The translations under genes and the position numbers were made by a program. A DNA stretch of 64,000 nt, from NCBI GenBank assembly GCA_945787125.1, contig CALZHW010000003.1, positions 4,094-68,093 on the forward strand, written 5' to 3'. The notes under the pieces were generated by a model. It was not told the origin of the DNA. It searched no databases and saw only the letters and a program-made list of their open reading frames with translations. The DNA is from an uncultured Ectothiorhodospiraceae bacterium. GTDB lineage: Bacteria > Pseudomonadota > Gammaproteobacteria > S012-40. This document shows positions 47,479 through 58,011 of the stretch, piece after piece; the stretch's first letter is position 1; each line of letters starts with the position of its first letter.

Positions 47479-49152
47479 TTAGTGGGTGATGTTTTCAACG
47501 ATTTTTTGAGAAGATAAAAAAGTGAAGAAGTGATCAGGCTTTTGTGGTTTCCCAATATGATGACCTTGAAGCTGATCACAGCCCCATGCGGCTAATATGT
47601 CCATGCTTTCTTGATTTTCGACACCTTCTGCAACTACACTAAAGCCGAGATTATGGGCGAGATCAATGGCAGTGCGAACAATAAGTCCATCTGATTTGTT
47701 GTTTTTAAGATCGGTGATGAAAGATTTATCAATTTTTACCTCTGTGGCAGGTAGGTGTTTAAGATATGATATCGAGGAGTAACCCGTTCCAAAATCATCA
47801 ATAGAAATTAACACACCTAGGTCGGCTAATTGACCCAAGAGTTTTTGAGCATTGCGCGGATTCGCCAACATACTGCTCTCTGTTATTTCAATGATGAGTT
47901 GTTCGGGGTGAGCGTTAACACTCAGTAACAAGTTTTTCACCGCTTTAGGGAATTGTTCATCTGCCAGATTTTTCACCGAAACATTAACAGCGACTGCCAA
48001 GTTTGCACCGAGTGTTTTCCATCTCAATGACTGCTCCAACGCCTTTACTATCACCCAGTTTGTAACATCGTCCATTAACCCAAGCTGCTCAATGAGAGGG
48101 ATTAACGTTTCACGGGATAGCCCGTCGAGCCCACCAAACTTAGCCCCATTCGTTCTTAACAAGGCTTCAGCCGAGCATATACTTTGTCTGGCCACATCAA
48201 ATTTTGGTTGGAAAACCAGTGATAGTTCTTTATGTTCTACCGCATCACGCACACCACGTACAAGAGTATGATGCCGTGGATTAAATACATCCTGACCACT
48301 CTCGTAAACAGTGTGACTATATGCATTTCGTTTAGCTCTATACATGGCGATATCAGCATTTTTCAGCAATGTTTCAGCATCGGTTCCATGATCCGGGTAG
48401 AGGGCGATACCCATGCTGGCGCCGATCTTGAACATATGATCCTCAATGAAAAAACCTTCATCGATCACATGTTGGAATTTTTCACTGACCATGATCGCAT
48501 CGTCGACATTGACTGTGCCTAAAACAGCGGCAAACTCATCCCCGCCAAGGCGAGCCACAGTGTCGGATTGACGTACGCAGTTAATGAGGCGCGGCGCGAG
48601 CAATTGCAATAGCTTGTCACCGGCAGCGTGACCGAAAGTGTCGTTAACTTCTTTGAAGCGATCCAGATCCATAAGAATGACTGCAGTTTGGGTCCAGTTA
48701 CGCTTGGCAAGTGCTATGGCCTGGTCAATACGCTCAATTAACAATAATCTATTGGGCAATTCTGTCAGGTTATCGTGTAATGCGTTGTGTCGGTCGGCTT
48801 CACTGCTCTTTTTCAGTTCAACCATGGTTTGATAACTAATTCGAACTACAGTAAATACGAATAATCCACCGCCAAAAAATATGGGAGCGACGATAAACTG
48901 CGTTGCTTGCGGGGATTCAACTAAGACGAATAAGAAATAAGCAAGATAACCCGCTAAAAAAAAAGCAATAAGTGCAAACAAATACCGCCATCGTGAGGTA
49001 TTTATATCAGAAAATGTACACAGCGCTTTCGAATAACGAAAAGAACCCGCTATGAGTAACGCCCCCATGATGATGAGCGAGAGTGAAAGCAGCTGAGATA
49101 GCCATAGCATTGTTTGATTTACCTCTGTTAACAAACGGTTAAAACGGCTCAA
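47479..49152 (-). CDS. Membrane-anchored GGDEF-EAL protein (diguanylate cyclase/phosphodiesterase)
   Basis: N-terminal TM helices, a GGDEF motif (LGGDEFAAVL), and an EAL domain (EITES, DDFGTGYSS). Confidence 0.85.
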   Translation of the reverse strand: MSRFNRLLTEVNQTMLWLSQLLSLSLIIMGALLIAGSFRYSKALCTFSDINTSRWRYLFALIAFFLAGYLAYFLFVLVESPQATQFIVAPIFFGGGLFVFTVVRISYQTMVELKKSSEADRHNALHDNLTELPNRLLLIERIDQAIALAKRNWTQTAVILMDLDRFKEVNDTFGHAAGDKLLQLLAPRLINCVRQSDTVARLGGDEFAAVLGTVNVDDAIMVSEKFQHVIDEGFFIEDHMFKIGASMGIALYPDHGTDAETLLKNADIAMYRAKRNAYSHTVYESGQDVFNPRHHTLVRGVRDAVEHKELSLVFQPKFDVARQSICSAEALLRTNGAKFGGLDGLSRETLIPLIEQLGLMDDVTNWVIVKALEQSLRWKTLGANLAVAVNVSVKNLADEQFPKAVKNLLLSVNAHPEQLIIEITESSMLANPRNAQKLLGQLADLGVLISIDDFGTGYSSISYLKHLPATEVKIDKSFITDLKNNKSDGLIVRTAIDLAHNLGFSVVAEGVENQESMDILAAWGCDQLQGHHIGKPQKPDHFFTFLSSQKIVENITH

Positions 49153-49332
49153 ACCTTCAATAGCTTAATTATTAAACCATAATACTGTAATGGAGTAATC
49201 CGTTTTATTTAAGTGAATATAACAGGATGATCAACTACGGCCGGGTTATCGAACTTGCAGTGCGATATATACACAATCGTCCAGCCACATACATCGCAGC
49301 ACTTGCCAATCCACAGGCTTTGGTGCAGTTTG

Positions 49333-49372
49333 CCATTCTCGGATAGGCTCCTAGGGGCCTGTCCGAGAATGG
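49333..49372. repeat. Back-to-back pair of the 22-bp MITE terminal repeats (a minimal or solo element forming a 40-bp palindrome)
   Basis: ccattctcggataggctcctag overlapping ctaggggcctgtccgagaatgg. Confidence 0.6.
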
Positions 49373-49840
49373 CAAACTGACTGAAAGACAGTTTCAAGGT
49401 TCGAATTATGTTGCTGGAAAATTGACGTGGCCAGTAATTACGGTTAATCTAAATTGATTATTAATCTCCCGAGTTGGTTCAACCCTCACCCAATAGGCGT
49501 CAATTGGTTGGTATTACTTATAAAAAATATTCACTATAGAGATTTTTTTATGACAGATTAATTGAACTGGTAGAACACGGTGAGGATTTCCGAAACAAGA
49601 GAAATAATTGTAGGATTACAAATTTTGCACCACTTTTTTCACTTCTGTGAGCGATATGCATTCACTTAAACGGCCTGGCAGTTTGCGTTTTAAAAATAAT
49701 CCATATTGATTTATCAGATTAAACAAAAACTTACAGCAGTGACAAGGACAAAGTCACGAATAAACAAGGAAAGTTTTAATAGCCGGAATTATTATTGCAG
49801 AATATAGATTACCGATGCTCAATTAAAGAAGATATTTATT

Positions 49841-50305
49841 ATGAAACTTCCGTTGCTTTCAATTTTCCTTGTTGCATTTTCGATACCCATTCTGGCGGCC
49901 GAAGGCACGTCTCAAACTGTTCCAATGCAGGAAAGAGGCGCTTCAACTTACTACATTCCTGGCTTCATTGATGGTTATGGCGATACTGAGTTTATGGTAG
50001 ATACTGGCTCAGGATATACCACAATCAATGAACAAACCTTAAGTGTCTTAAAAACCAATGGTAAAGCGGTGTACTCCAAACAGTTAATTGGCATACTGGC
50101 TGATGGAACTGAAAAAGTTGTTTCTGTATATCGTATTTCCAGTTTGAGTCTAGGTGGAAAATGTGAATTATCAAATGTAGAAGCCGCAATATTTCCAGGA
50201 AAAACTCGACAAATCCTTGGGTTAAATGCTTTGCGAAAAGTGGGTCAATTTACTTTTTCGTTTGAACCACCATCTCTTTCTATGGAACACTGCAAGCAAG
50301 TTTAG
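49841..50305 (+). CDS. Secreted retropepsin-like (clan AA) aspartic protease
   Basis: Signal peptide and FMVDTGSGYTTIN (the DTG catalytic motif). 154 aa. Confidence 0.6.
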   Translation: MKLPLLSIFLVAFSIPILAAEGTSQTVPMQERGASTYYIPGFIDGYGDTEFMVDTGSGYTTINEQTLSVLKTNGKAVYSKQLIGILADGTEKVVSVYRISSLSLGGKCELSNVEAAIFPGKTRQILGLNALRKVGQFTFSFEPPSLSMEHCKQV

Positions 50306-50379
50306 CGTATGTAACAAGCAGCCATATGCATAGAAATATGCACATTGCTTAGCTGCTTGTTACATGTAGTATCGCAGAG

Positions 50380-50637
50380 TTATTCTGCTGGCGCAGCGTC
50401 TGTTGGCATTTCTTTTGTTTCGAAAGCACTGAACTCAGATTCATCGAGTTTTTCATTCATGTCAGCATCTACCTGACTCCATGCGCTGCTTAGACCTTCA
50501 TTAGCAGCTGCTTCTGTTTTAGAAATAAAACCATCGCCATCTGTATCAAGTGAACTGAAACCAGCCTTCTCTCCTGCGAACGCTGTACCAATGGTGAACA
50601 TCGACATAACTAAAGCAACCATAAAAATCTTTTGCAT
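50380..50637 (-). CDS. Small secreted EF-hand protein
   Basis: Signal peptide and a DTDGDGFISKTE canonical EF-hand loop. Confidence 0.55.
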   Translation of the reverse strand: MQKIFMVALVMSMFTIGTAFAGEKAGFSSLDTDGDGFISKTEAAANEGLSSAWSQVDADMNEKLDESEFSAFETKEMPTDAAPAE

Positions 50638-51039
50638 AATACAATCCTCTGTAAATTTTATTCCTGAAGGGTTTAACTTTTTTCAATGATTTGTGAACGC
50701 ACACAATCTGAAAATAGTTGATGCTTAACTTATTCGTAAAATTCCATAAAAATAATAAGTAAGCGAATGTAAGTCTAATGTAATCGTTACCACTTGCAAA
50801 TAAAGAAAAATAATTATTGCACGGTTGTTATCAGTTAAATTTATGGAGAGGCAAAGAAAAGCTGATTTCGTCACCCTAGGCCGACATAAAACTCGTAACA
50901 TTTGTAAATTAATTTATTGCTGAGAAGATGTAAAAAAAATTCATTAATTAAGGTGTGACGGTTTACTAAATTTGCAGAAAGGAGAAAGGAGTTTTACAAA
51001 CTGATCATTTATCCATATTTATTTTATGAATTAGCTTTT

Positions 51040-51237
51040 AACTCACAATCGGAGTTCAACCTATTTCCCTTAATCAACGCTCGTAGTGGCAAGGCCTTAT
51101 CGAGAGTGTTGCCCTGTTGTGCCCACGGATGCTGCCGTCAAGACTACAGTGACGTATTTACGGCGTCTCTCGGTAAGGTTTGCTGCTATGGGTGCTGGAT
51201 GGTGGCACTATGCGACTTAGAACACCGATTGTGAGTT
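51040..51237. repeat. About 195-bp MITE-like or structured repeat, copy A (terminal inverted repeat AACTCACAATCGGAGTTC)
   Basis: About 85% identical to 56625..56815. Termini are aactcacaatcggagttc ... gaacaccgattgtgagtt. Confidence 0.7.
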
Positions 51238-51257
51238 TTTAAATATATTCGGGGGAT

Positions 51258-51287
51258 AAAAAAAGCCAGCGGTTAAGCTGGCTTTTG
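51258..51287. terminator. Bidirectional rho-independent terminator (A-tract, hairpin, T-tract)
   Basis: aaaaaa-gccagc-ggttaa-gctggc-tttt. It sits downstream of dnaJ (minus strand), separated from the dnaJ stop by the 160-bp MITE. Confidence 0.6.
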
Positions 51288-51292
51288 ATTAT

Positions 51293-51454
51293 CCTAGAAT
51301 AATCAGTTGGCGCGAATTTTTAGTGCAAGATATTGAAGTGCATAGCGAATTCAAGAAATGCATGGTCACCTTATTGGTGATCTGCATATTTTTGAATTTG
51401 CTAGGTGCATCAAGAGCTTGTGCTAAAAATCGTGGTTCAACTGATTAATCTAGG
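51293..51454. mobile_element. MITE-like element (about 162 bp) with 17-bp terminal inverted repeats CCTAGAATAATCAGTTG, inserted between the dnaJ stop and its terminator
   Basis: cctagaataatcagttg at 51293 and caactgattaatctagg at 51438..51454 (1 mismatch). A partial second copy lies at 31337..31400. Confidence 0.65.
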
Positions 51455-51455
51455 A

Positions 51456-52592
51456 TTATGCTTTCATATCATCAAAAAAACTTTTTACTTTACCTAGCCA
51501 GGAGTGTGACTGTGGGCTGTGTTTCGATCCGCTGAGAGAATCATTGAATTGTCGTAATAACTCTTTTTGTTCTTCATTCAGGTGCACAGGAGTCTCTATG
51601 TTGGCTTTGCAGTATAAATCACCAATACCACCGCCACGCACGGGTTTAACGCCTTTACCTTTTATACGAAACATTTTGCCGGTTTGTGTTTCACCTGGGA
51701 TTTTTAATTTAACCCGGCCGTTTAAAGTCGGCACTTCCAGTTCGCCGCCCAGCGTCGCTGTAGCAAATGAAACAGGCACTTCACAGTAGAGGTTGGCATC
51801 ATCACGGACAAATATGGGGTGTTCTTTCACATTTATATTGATATACAAATCGCCGGGAGGTCCACCATTTTCTCCTGCTTCACCCTCACCGCCTAAGCGT
51901 ATGCGATCACCTGTATCAACGCCTGCTGGGATTTTTGCTGATAAAGTCTTATGCTCTTTAACCCGTCCTTGTCCATGGCAGGTATTACATGCATCAGTGA
52001 TGATCTCACCTTTGCCATGACAGCTCGGACAAGTTTGCTGAATAGAAAAAAAGCCTTGTTGCATACGAACCTGACCGTGACCAGCGCAGGTGCTGCAGGT
52101 GCTTGGTTTGCTGCCTTTCTTGGCGCCTGAACCATTGCACGTTTTACACTGAACATAAGTTGGTACACGTATTTTAACTTCTGTACCGGCAACCGCTTCT
52201 TCCAGAGAAATATCTAAATTATAACGCAAATCATCGCCACGATGAGCTCCCCCTGCACCGCCGCCAGCACGTCCACCAGTGAATATGTCTCCAAATATGT
52301 CACCGAAGACATCGCTAAAACCACCGCCGGCAAATCCACCAGCACCGGCTCCGCCACCTCTTGAAGGGTCTACCCCGGCATGACCAAATTGATCATAGGC
52401 CGCGCGTTTTTGAGCGTCACTCAAAATATCGTAAGCTTCTTTGATCTCTTTAAATTTTGCTTCAGCACCTTCATCATCAGGATTTCTATCCGGATGAAAC
52501 TTCATTGCCAGTTTTCGATAAGCCTTTTTTAAGTCTGTATCGCTCACATTTTTGCTGACGCCAAGTATTTCGTAATAATCCCGATTAGCCAT
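51456..52592 (-). CDS. dnaJ: Chaperone DnaJ
   Basis: J-domain (YYEILGV...HPD), G/F-rich region, and four CxxCxGxG zinc-finger repeats. The start is taken at [11 protein letters not shown]. Confidence 0.9.
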   Translation of the reverse strand: MANRDYYEILGVSKNVSDTDLKKAYRKLAMKFHPDRNPDDEGAEAKFKEIKEAYDILSDAQKRAAYDQFGHAGVDPSRGGGAGAGGFAGGGFSDVFGDIFGDIFTGGRAGGGAGGAHRGDDLRYNLDISLEEAVAGTEVKIRVPTYVQCKTCNGSGAKKGSKPSTCSTCAGHGQVRMQQGFFSIQQTCPSCHGKGEIITDACNTCHGQGRVKEHKTLSAKIPAGVDTGDRIRLGGEGEAGENGGPPGDLYININVKEHPIFVRDDANLYCEVPVSFATATLGGELEVPTLNGRVKLKIPGETQTGKMFRIKGKGVKPVRGGGIGDLYCKANIETPVHLNEEQKELLRQFNDSLSGSKHSPQSHSWLGKVKSFFDDMKA

Positions 52593-52625
52593 GCTTTGTA
52601 CTGAACCCTTTTTTCTGGATACGAC

Positions 52626-52652
52626 AAACAGGCGCAATTTGCGCCTGTTTGT
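52626..52652 (-). other. Perfect hairpin in the dnaK-dnaJ intergenic spacer
   Basis: aaacaggcgc-aaat-tgcgcctgttt, 40 bp after the dnaK stop. Confidence 0.45.
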
Positions 52653-52690
52653 TTTTTAGTTTTACGTTAGCCGTGCTAACGATACTGAGT

Positions 52691-54619
52691 TTACTTTTTG
52701 TCGTCTTTGACTTCTTCAAAATCTGCATCTACGGCATCGTCTTTTGCCTTGCTCGATTTAGCAGAATCATTCGTGTCGACATCGGCTCCTGCAGCTGCAC
52801 CTTGTTCAGCGTAAACTCGCTCAGCAAGCTTACCTGATATTTCAGTCAGTTTTAGGGTTTTAGCTTCAATATCTTCGACATCAGTTCCTTCACAGGCAGT
52901 CTTTAGTTCAGCAACCGCAGCTTCAATGCTAGTGCGTTCTTCTGCTTCAACTTTATCAGCCAAATCCAGCAAGGATTTTTCAGTCGCATGAATCATCGCT
53001 TCAGCGCTGTTACGTGCAGTTACTAGAGCATGAAATTTCTTGTCTTCTTCGGCATGAATTTCAGCGTCTTTGACCATTTTATCAATTTCTTCATCTGACA
53101 AACCGCTGGAGGCTTTTATGACGATGGACTGTTCTTTGCCTGTTGCTTTGTCTTTTGCGGAAACGTTTAAAATACCATTGGCATCAATATCGAAAGCCAC
53201 TTCGATTTGCGGAACGCCGCGCGGTGCTGGTGGAATATCTTGCAAGTCAAATCGACCCAGAGATTTATTCGTCGCAGCTTGTTCACGTTCACCTTGTAAT
53301 ACATGCACAGTCACGGCCGATTGATTATTTTCGGCGGTTGAAAAAACCTGCTGCGCTTTGGTTGGGATTGTGGTGTTTTTCTCAATTAACTTGGTCATCA
53401 CGCCACCCATGGTTTCTATACCCAGGGATAATGGGGTAACGTCAAGTAACAATACGTCTTTAACTTCACCACCTAATACGCCACCTTGAATCGCGGCACC
53501 AACGGCAACGGCCTCATCAGGATTCACATCTTTACGCGGCTCTTTACCAAAAAAATCTTTAACTGCTTCCTGGACTTTAGGCATGCGGGTTTGGCCGCCG
53601 ACTAGAATCACGTCATCAATTTCTGAAATACTCAAACCAGCATCGCTTAGTGCTGTTTTGCACGGGCCGATAGTCGCCGTGACCAAGTCACCAACCAGAG
53701 ACTCCAGCTTAGCGCGAGTGATTTTGATGTTCAAATGTTTCGGCCCAGAAGCATCGGCAGTCACATAAGGTAAATTCACTTCGGTTTGCTGTGTGGAAGA
53801 CAGCTCGATTTTCGCTTTTTCAGCAGCTTCTTTTAAACGCTGCAAGGATAATGGATCATTGTGTAAATCAATACCACTGTCTTTTTTAAACTCTTCAGTC
53901 AAATACTCTATCAAGCGTGTATCAAAATCTTCGCCGCCGAGAAATGTATCGCCATTAGTTGCCAAAACTTCGAACTGATGCTCACCTTCAACATCAACGA
54001 TTTCGATGATTGATATATCAAACGTACCACCACCCAAGTCATAAACCGCGATTTTACGGTCGCCGGTTTTTTTGTCCATCCCATAAGCCAATGCAGCAGC
54101 CGTTGGCTCATTAATGATTCGTTTTACATCCAGCCCAGCGATTTTGCCGGCATCTTTAGTCGCTTGACGTTGAGAATCGTTGAAATACGCAGGCACGGTA
54201 ATAACCGCTTCAGTCACTGCTTCACCGAGGTAGTCTTCAGCGGTTTTTTTCATTTTCATCAAAACGCGGGCGGAAATTTCTGGCGCTGCCATTTTTTTGC
54301 CTTTCACTTCAACCCAGGCATCACCATTATCGGCTTTAACAATTTTATAAGGTACCAGCTTGATATCACGCTGCACGACTTCCTCATCGAAGCGGCGACC
54401 GATCAAACGTTTGACGGCGTAAAAAGTCTCTGAAGGATTTGTCACTGCCTGACGTTTTGCGGGCTGACCGACGATAACTTCATCGTCTTTCGTGTATGCG
54501 ACAACTGAAGGTGTAGTGCGATCACCTTCTGCGTTTTCTATTACTTTAGGTTTCCCGCTTTCCATGATGGCTACGCAAGAGTTTGTGGTACCTAAGTCGA
54601 TTCCGATAATTTTACCCAT
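52691..54619 (-). CDS. dnaK: Chaperone DnaK (Hsp70)
   Basis: [17 protein letters not shown]..., DLGGGTFD, and a full-length 642-aa product. Confidence 0.95.
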   Translation of the reverse strand: MGKIIGIDLGTTNSCVAIMESGKPKVIENAEGDRTTPSVVAYTKDDEVIVGQPAKRQAVTNPSETFYAVKRLIGRRFDEEVVQRDIKLVPYKIVKADNGDAWVEVKGKKMAAPEISARVLMKMKKTAEDYLGEAVTEAVITVPAYFNDSQRQATKDAGKIAGLDVKRIINEPTAAALAYGMDKKTGDRKIAVYDLGGGTFDISIIEIVDVEGEHQFEVLATNGDTFLGGEDFDTRLIEYLTEEFKKDSGIDLHNDPLSLQRLKEAAEKAKIELSSTQQTEVNLPYVTADASGPKHLNIKITRAKLESLVGDLVTATIGPCKTALSDAGLSISEIDDVILVGGQTRMPKVQEAVKDFFGKEPRKDVNPDEAVAVGAAIQGGVLGGEVKDVLLLDVTPLSLGIETMGGVMTKLIEKNTTIPTKAQQVFSTAENNQSAVTVHVLQGEREQAATNKSLGRFDLQDIPPAPRGVPQIEVAFDIDANGILNVSAKDKATGKEQSIVIKASSGLSDEEIDKMVKDAEIHAEEDKKFHALVTARNSAEAMIHATEKSLLDLADKVEAEERTSIEAAVAELKTACEGTDVEDIEAKTLKLTEISGKLAERVYAEQGAAAGADVDTNDSAKSSKAKDDAVDADFEEVKDDKK

Positions 54620-54686
54620 TGGATAAATCTCCGTGTTATGTGCTTGAAATTGTTTGAATCTTTACTGAATTAATTCTTGAGTACTG

Positions 54687-54714
54687 ATATTGGGTCTGGC
54701 CTGACCTTTTCAAG
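54687..54714 (-). promoter_or_regulatory. sigma32 (RpoH)-type heat-shock promoter upstream of dnaK
   Basis: The minus strand reads CTTGAAA-aggtcaggccaga-CCCAATAT (-35 CTTGAAA, 13-bp spacer, -10 CCCCATnT-like), about 60 bp upstream of the dnaK ATG. Confidence 0.5.
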
Positions 54715-54766
54715 GTGTTTTTAAAAAATTAATACCATTAAGGTAACACTTTTTTATGCTCAAAAA

Positions 54767-55414
54767 TTATACGATTTCGTCGATTTGGCCAGCTTCAGGT
54801 TTGTTCTCTTCACCCTTGGAAACGATGACCATAGCGGGTCGAACTAACCGACCTTGCAGGGTGTAACCTTTTTGCAGAACTGCCATCACTGTATTAGGTT
54901 CTAGCTCAGTATTCTCTTGCAGACTCATTGCCTGATGAAAATCGGGATTAAATTTTTCGCCTTGCGGATTCACCACTTTGATGCCGTGTTTTTCCACAGC
55001 TGAACTTAACATTTTAAACGTTAGCTCACTCCCTTCTCTGATTCTTTCTATGTTGGCATTTTCTTCTTGTGTGGCAGCGAGCCCCAGCTCCATACTGTCC
55101 AGTACTGGCAGGAGATCTGCGCTAAATTTTTCCAGGGCAAATTTATGCGCATTAGCAATGTCTTTTTCAACACGACGGCGGGTATTTTCGGACTCGGCTT
55201 TAGCGCGTAATGCCAATTCATGATTTTCTTCAGCTTTCAGCTGTAGAGCCGCCATTTCGTTTCTTAGCTGATCAATTTCAGCCTGTAAAACTTCTGCGGC
55301 GCTCAAACTTTCTACTTTTACAGTATCATTGATTTCTGTCGGTGTTTCATACTTATCAGAACTCACCTCAGATTCTTGCTCTATTTCCTTGTTTTCAGTC
55401 ATCATTTCCTCCAA
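54767..55414 (-). CDS. grpE: Nucleotide exchange factor GrpE
   Basis: Coiled-coil N-terminus and the GrpE C-terminal four-helix/beta region. Lies between hrcA and dnaK. Confidence 0.85.
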   Translation of the reverse strand: MEEMMTENKEIEQESEVSSDKYETPTEINDTVKVESLSAAEVLQAEIDQLRNEMAALQLKAEENHELALRAKAESENTRRRVEKDIANAHKFALEKFSADLLPVLDSMELGLAATQEENANIERIREGSELTFKMLSSAVEKHGIKVVNPQGEKFNPDFHQAMSLQENTELEPNTVMAVLQKGYTLQGRLVRPAMVIVSKGEENKPEAGQIDEIV

Positions 55415-55467
55415 TTTTTATGCGGTCTTAAAAATGCCAGTAAAATTTGAGGTATATATTGGGATGC

Positions 55468-56538
55468 TTATTTAAATTGCAATACTGAACTGAAAATTTT
55501 TGCAGTAATATCAACGATGGGGATAACTTTTTCATAAGCCATGCGAGTGGGGCCGATCACGCCTAAGACACCGGCAATTTCATTATCAATAGTATAGGGT
55601 GAGGTAATGATGCTGCATTCTTCCAGTACGTTATTTCCTGATTCTGAGCCAATATAGATTTGAATACCCTCTGCTACCATGCATTGGTCGAGGATTTCCA
55701 GCACCTCTGTTTTCGATTTGAAAGTTTCAAATAATTGGCGAAGCTTATCGGTATCCGCCATTTCCTGATAAGCCAGTAAATTGGTCTTACCGGCGACCAA
55801 AATATCTTCTTGATAGATTTCTTCGGGGAATAACGTATCCGCCATTTCCAGCAAACTGCCCATAAAGTTATTCACTTCCTGGCGAGCGCGTTTCATATCA
55901 CTCAGTAACTGGGAACGCACCGAGGCAATGTTTTTCCCCATGAATTGCTGATTAAGATAGTTGGCTACCGTCACCAGTTCTTCTCGCGAAAAACTGCGAC
56001 TGGTGTGAATTACACGATTCTCTACTTCACATTCATTAATCACCAGAATACTCAGCACCCGGTTTTCTGACAGTGGCAAGAATTCTATTTGCCGGAGGGA
56101 TTTATGTGAACGTTTCGGCATCATTACCACACTGGCCATACCGGTAATCGCCGATAACAAACCTGAGGCACTCGTCGCCAAATCTTTGGTAGAAAGCTCA
56201 CGGGTCAATTTTTGTTTGATGTGCAGCAGTTGTTTATTACGAATGGATTGCATGGTTACCAGGGAATCAACAAACAGTCGGTAACCCAAATCTGTTGGCA
56301 CCCGCCCGGCTGAGGTATGGGGTGATTTTAGCAATCCCATCTCTTCCAAATCAGCCAAGACATTACGTATGGTCGCTGTACTAACCGTCAATCCGGCGCA
56401 CTGGGCTAAGACCTTTGAAGCAACAGGCTGGCCATCATCTATATATTTCTCAATCAAGGTCTTAAGCAGTATTTGTGCTCTCTCACTCAGATTGGGAAAC
56501 TTCTCATTGCTGATTTTTTTATCTTTATTTTTAGTCAT
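55468..56538 (-). CDS. hrcA: Heat-inducible transcription repressor HrcA
   Basis: N-terminal winged HTH (..RAQILLKTLIEKYIDDGQPVASKVLA..) and the HrcA C-terminal domain. 356 aa. Confidence 0.85.
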   Translation of the reverse strand: MTKNKDKKISNEKFPNLSERAQILLKTLIEKYIDDGQPVASKVLAQCAGLTVSTATIRNVLADLEEMGLLKSPHTSAGRVPTDLGYRLFVDSLVTMQSIRNKQLLHIKQKLTRELSTKDLATSASGLLSAITGMASVVMMPKRSHKSLRQIEFLPLSENRVLSILVINECEVENRVIHTSRSFSREELVTVANYLNQQFMGKNIASVRSQLLSDMKRARQEVNNFMGSLLEMADTLFPEEIYQEDILVAGKTNLLAYQEMADTDKLRQLFETFKSKTEVLEILDQCMVAEGIQIYIGSESGNNVLEECSIITSPYTIDNEIAGVLGVIGPTRMAYEKVIPIVDITAKIFSSVLQFK

Positions 56539-56624
56539 TTATGCACAACAGTAAAAGTCATTTATCGAATCAAGTCATATGTTTAGGAGTAAGTGTCGTT
56601 GGAACATATTTTCGCATAGTTAGA

Positions 56625-56815
56625 AACTCACAATCGGAGTTCAAACTATTTCCCGTAATCAGCGCTCGTAGTGGCAAGGCCCTATCGAGAGTGTTAGCAG
56701 CATGGATGCTGCCGCCAAGCCTACAGAGACGTATTCACGGCGTCTCTCGATAAGGTTTTACCGCTAGGGGTGCTGGAAGGTGGCAATTGGCAACTTCGAA
56801 CTCCGATTGTGAGTT
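56625..56815. repeat. About 190-bp MITE-like or structured repeat, copy B
   Basis: Same termini and internal stems as 51040..51237. Located between hrcA and nadK. Confidence 0.7.
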
Positions 56816-57107
56816 AGAAATTATCACTTAAGCCTATAGTAATGGCAAATAAATAACCACTGACGCTGCGTTTTTGCGTAAGTTATGGAGTCACTAAACC
56901 ACTAAGCCTGTTGTAAACGACTTATTTTTCGTACCAATTACTTGTTTTTACGCTATTTTTTACGTTTTGTTGGCTTGGATTGTTGCAGATTACGTGCTAC
57001 CTTTCCAATCTAACCGAATAAGCGACCCCCAATCTGACCATCAGTTGGCACCCAGGATGAGCCCGGCTCGCATTTCTGCCTATCAGCCACAACCCGAGAC
57101 CCGATTA

Positions 57108-57992
57108 ATGCCTGAAAGAAGCTTCAAAACCATAGGACTCATCGGAAAAAAGTACGCCAACGCCGATTTAGCCAATACATTGAAAAACCTATGCGCGTAC
57201 CTGAAAGAAAATGAATACGACATTCTGGTTGATGATAATACCGCAAGAACCTGTAATACCTGCGATATTCCCTCCATGAGTCGACAAGAGTTGGGCGAGC
57301 GCTGTGATCTTGTGGTTGCTTTAGGCGGAGATGGAACCATGCTGAGTGCAGCCCGCTCGCTGGCAAAATATGGTGTGCCGATGGTCGGCGTTAACATGGG
57401 AACATTGGGATTTTTGACGGATATAGCGGCCAGCCAGATTCACGAAAAAATTCAGGAAATTCTCAACGGTAAATACATCAAAGAAGAACGTTTGTTGTTA
57501 CAGGTCATTATTAAACGGGATGGTGAGCACATCAATGAAAGCATTGCCTTTAACGATGTGGTGGTACATAAGTGGGAAGAGGCTCGAATGCTGGAGTTTG
57601 AAACGGCAATCGATAAAGGTTACGTGAATAAACAACGATCTGATGGCTTGATTATCGCCACACCGACTGGCTCTACCGCATACGCCCTGTCTGGTGGCGG
57701 GCCAATAGTACACCCAACACTCAACGCCTTTATTCTCGTGCCTATTTGTCCCCACACCTTAAGCCAACGCCCCATTGTGGTTGATGGCGACAGTGAAATA
57801 ACCGTTACCGTCAGTGCCACAGGGCATGCACGTGCACAAGTTACCTGTGATGGGCAAATAAATTTGGGCGTCATCGCCGGTGACATTATTTGCATTAAAA
57901 AACTAGAAAAGAAAATAATAATTTTGCATCCTGAAGATTATAATTATTACGAAATTCTACGCGCCAAACTGAACTGGGGTGGTAATCCTTAG
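57108..57992 (+). CDS. nadK: NAD kinase
   Basis: GGDGTML motif and the NADK fold. The start is taken at MPERSFKTIG; the tracked ORF extends upstream. Confidence 0.8.
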   Translation: MPERSFKTIGLIGKKYANADLANTLKNLCAYLKENEYDILVDDNTARTCNTCDIPSMSRQELGERCDLVVALGGDGTMLSAARSLAKYGVPMVGVNMGTLGFLTDIAASQIHEKIQEILNGKYIKEERLLLQVIIKRDGEHINESIAFNDVVVHKWEEARMLEFETAIDKGYVNKQRSDGLIIATPTGSTAYALSGGGPIVHPTLNAFILVPICPHTLSQRPIVVDGDSEITVTVSATGHARAQVTCDGQINLGVIAGDIICIKKLEKKIIILHPEDYNYYEILRAKLNWGGNP

Positions 57993-58011
57993 TGACCATG
58001 GACTCAAAAGC

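Noticed and set aside
51040-51237. The ~195-bp repeated element as a known housekeeping ncRNA (6S, tmRNA, RNase P) near dnaK
   Set aside because: Two near-identical copies bounded by terminal inverted repeats fit a mobile MITE-like family better. I recognise no conserved motifs of those RNAs. It is kept as a structured repeat of unknown nature.
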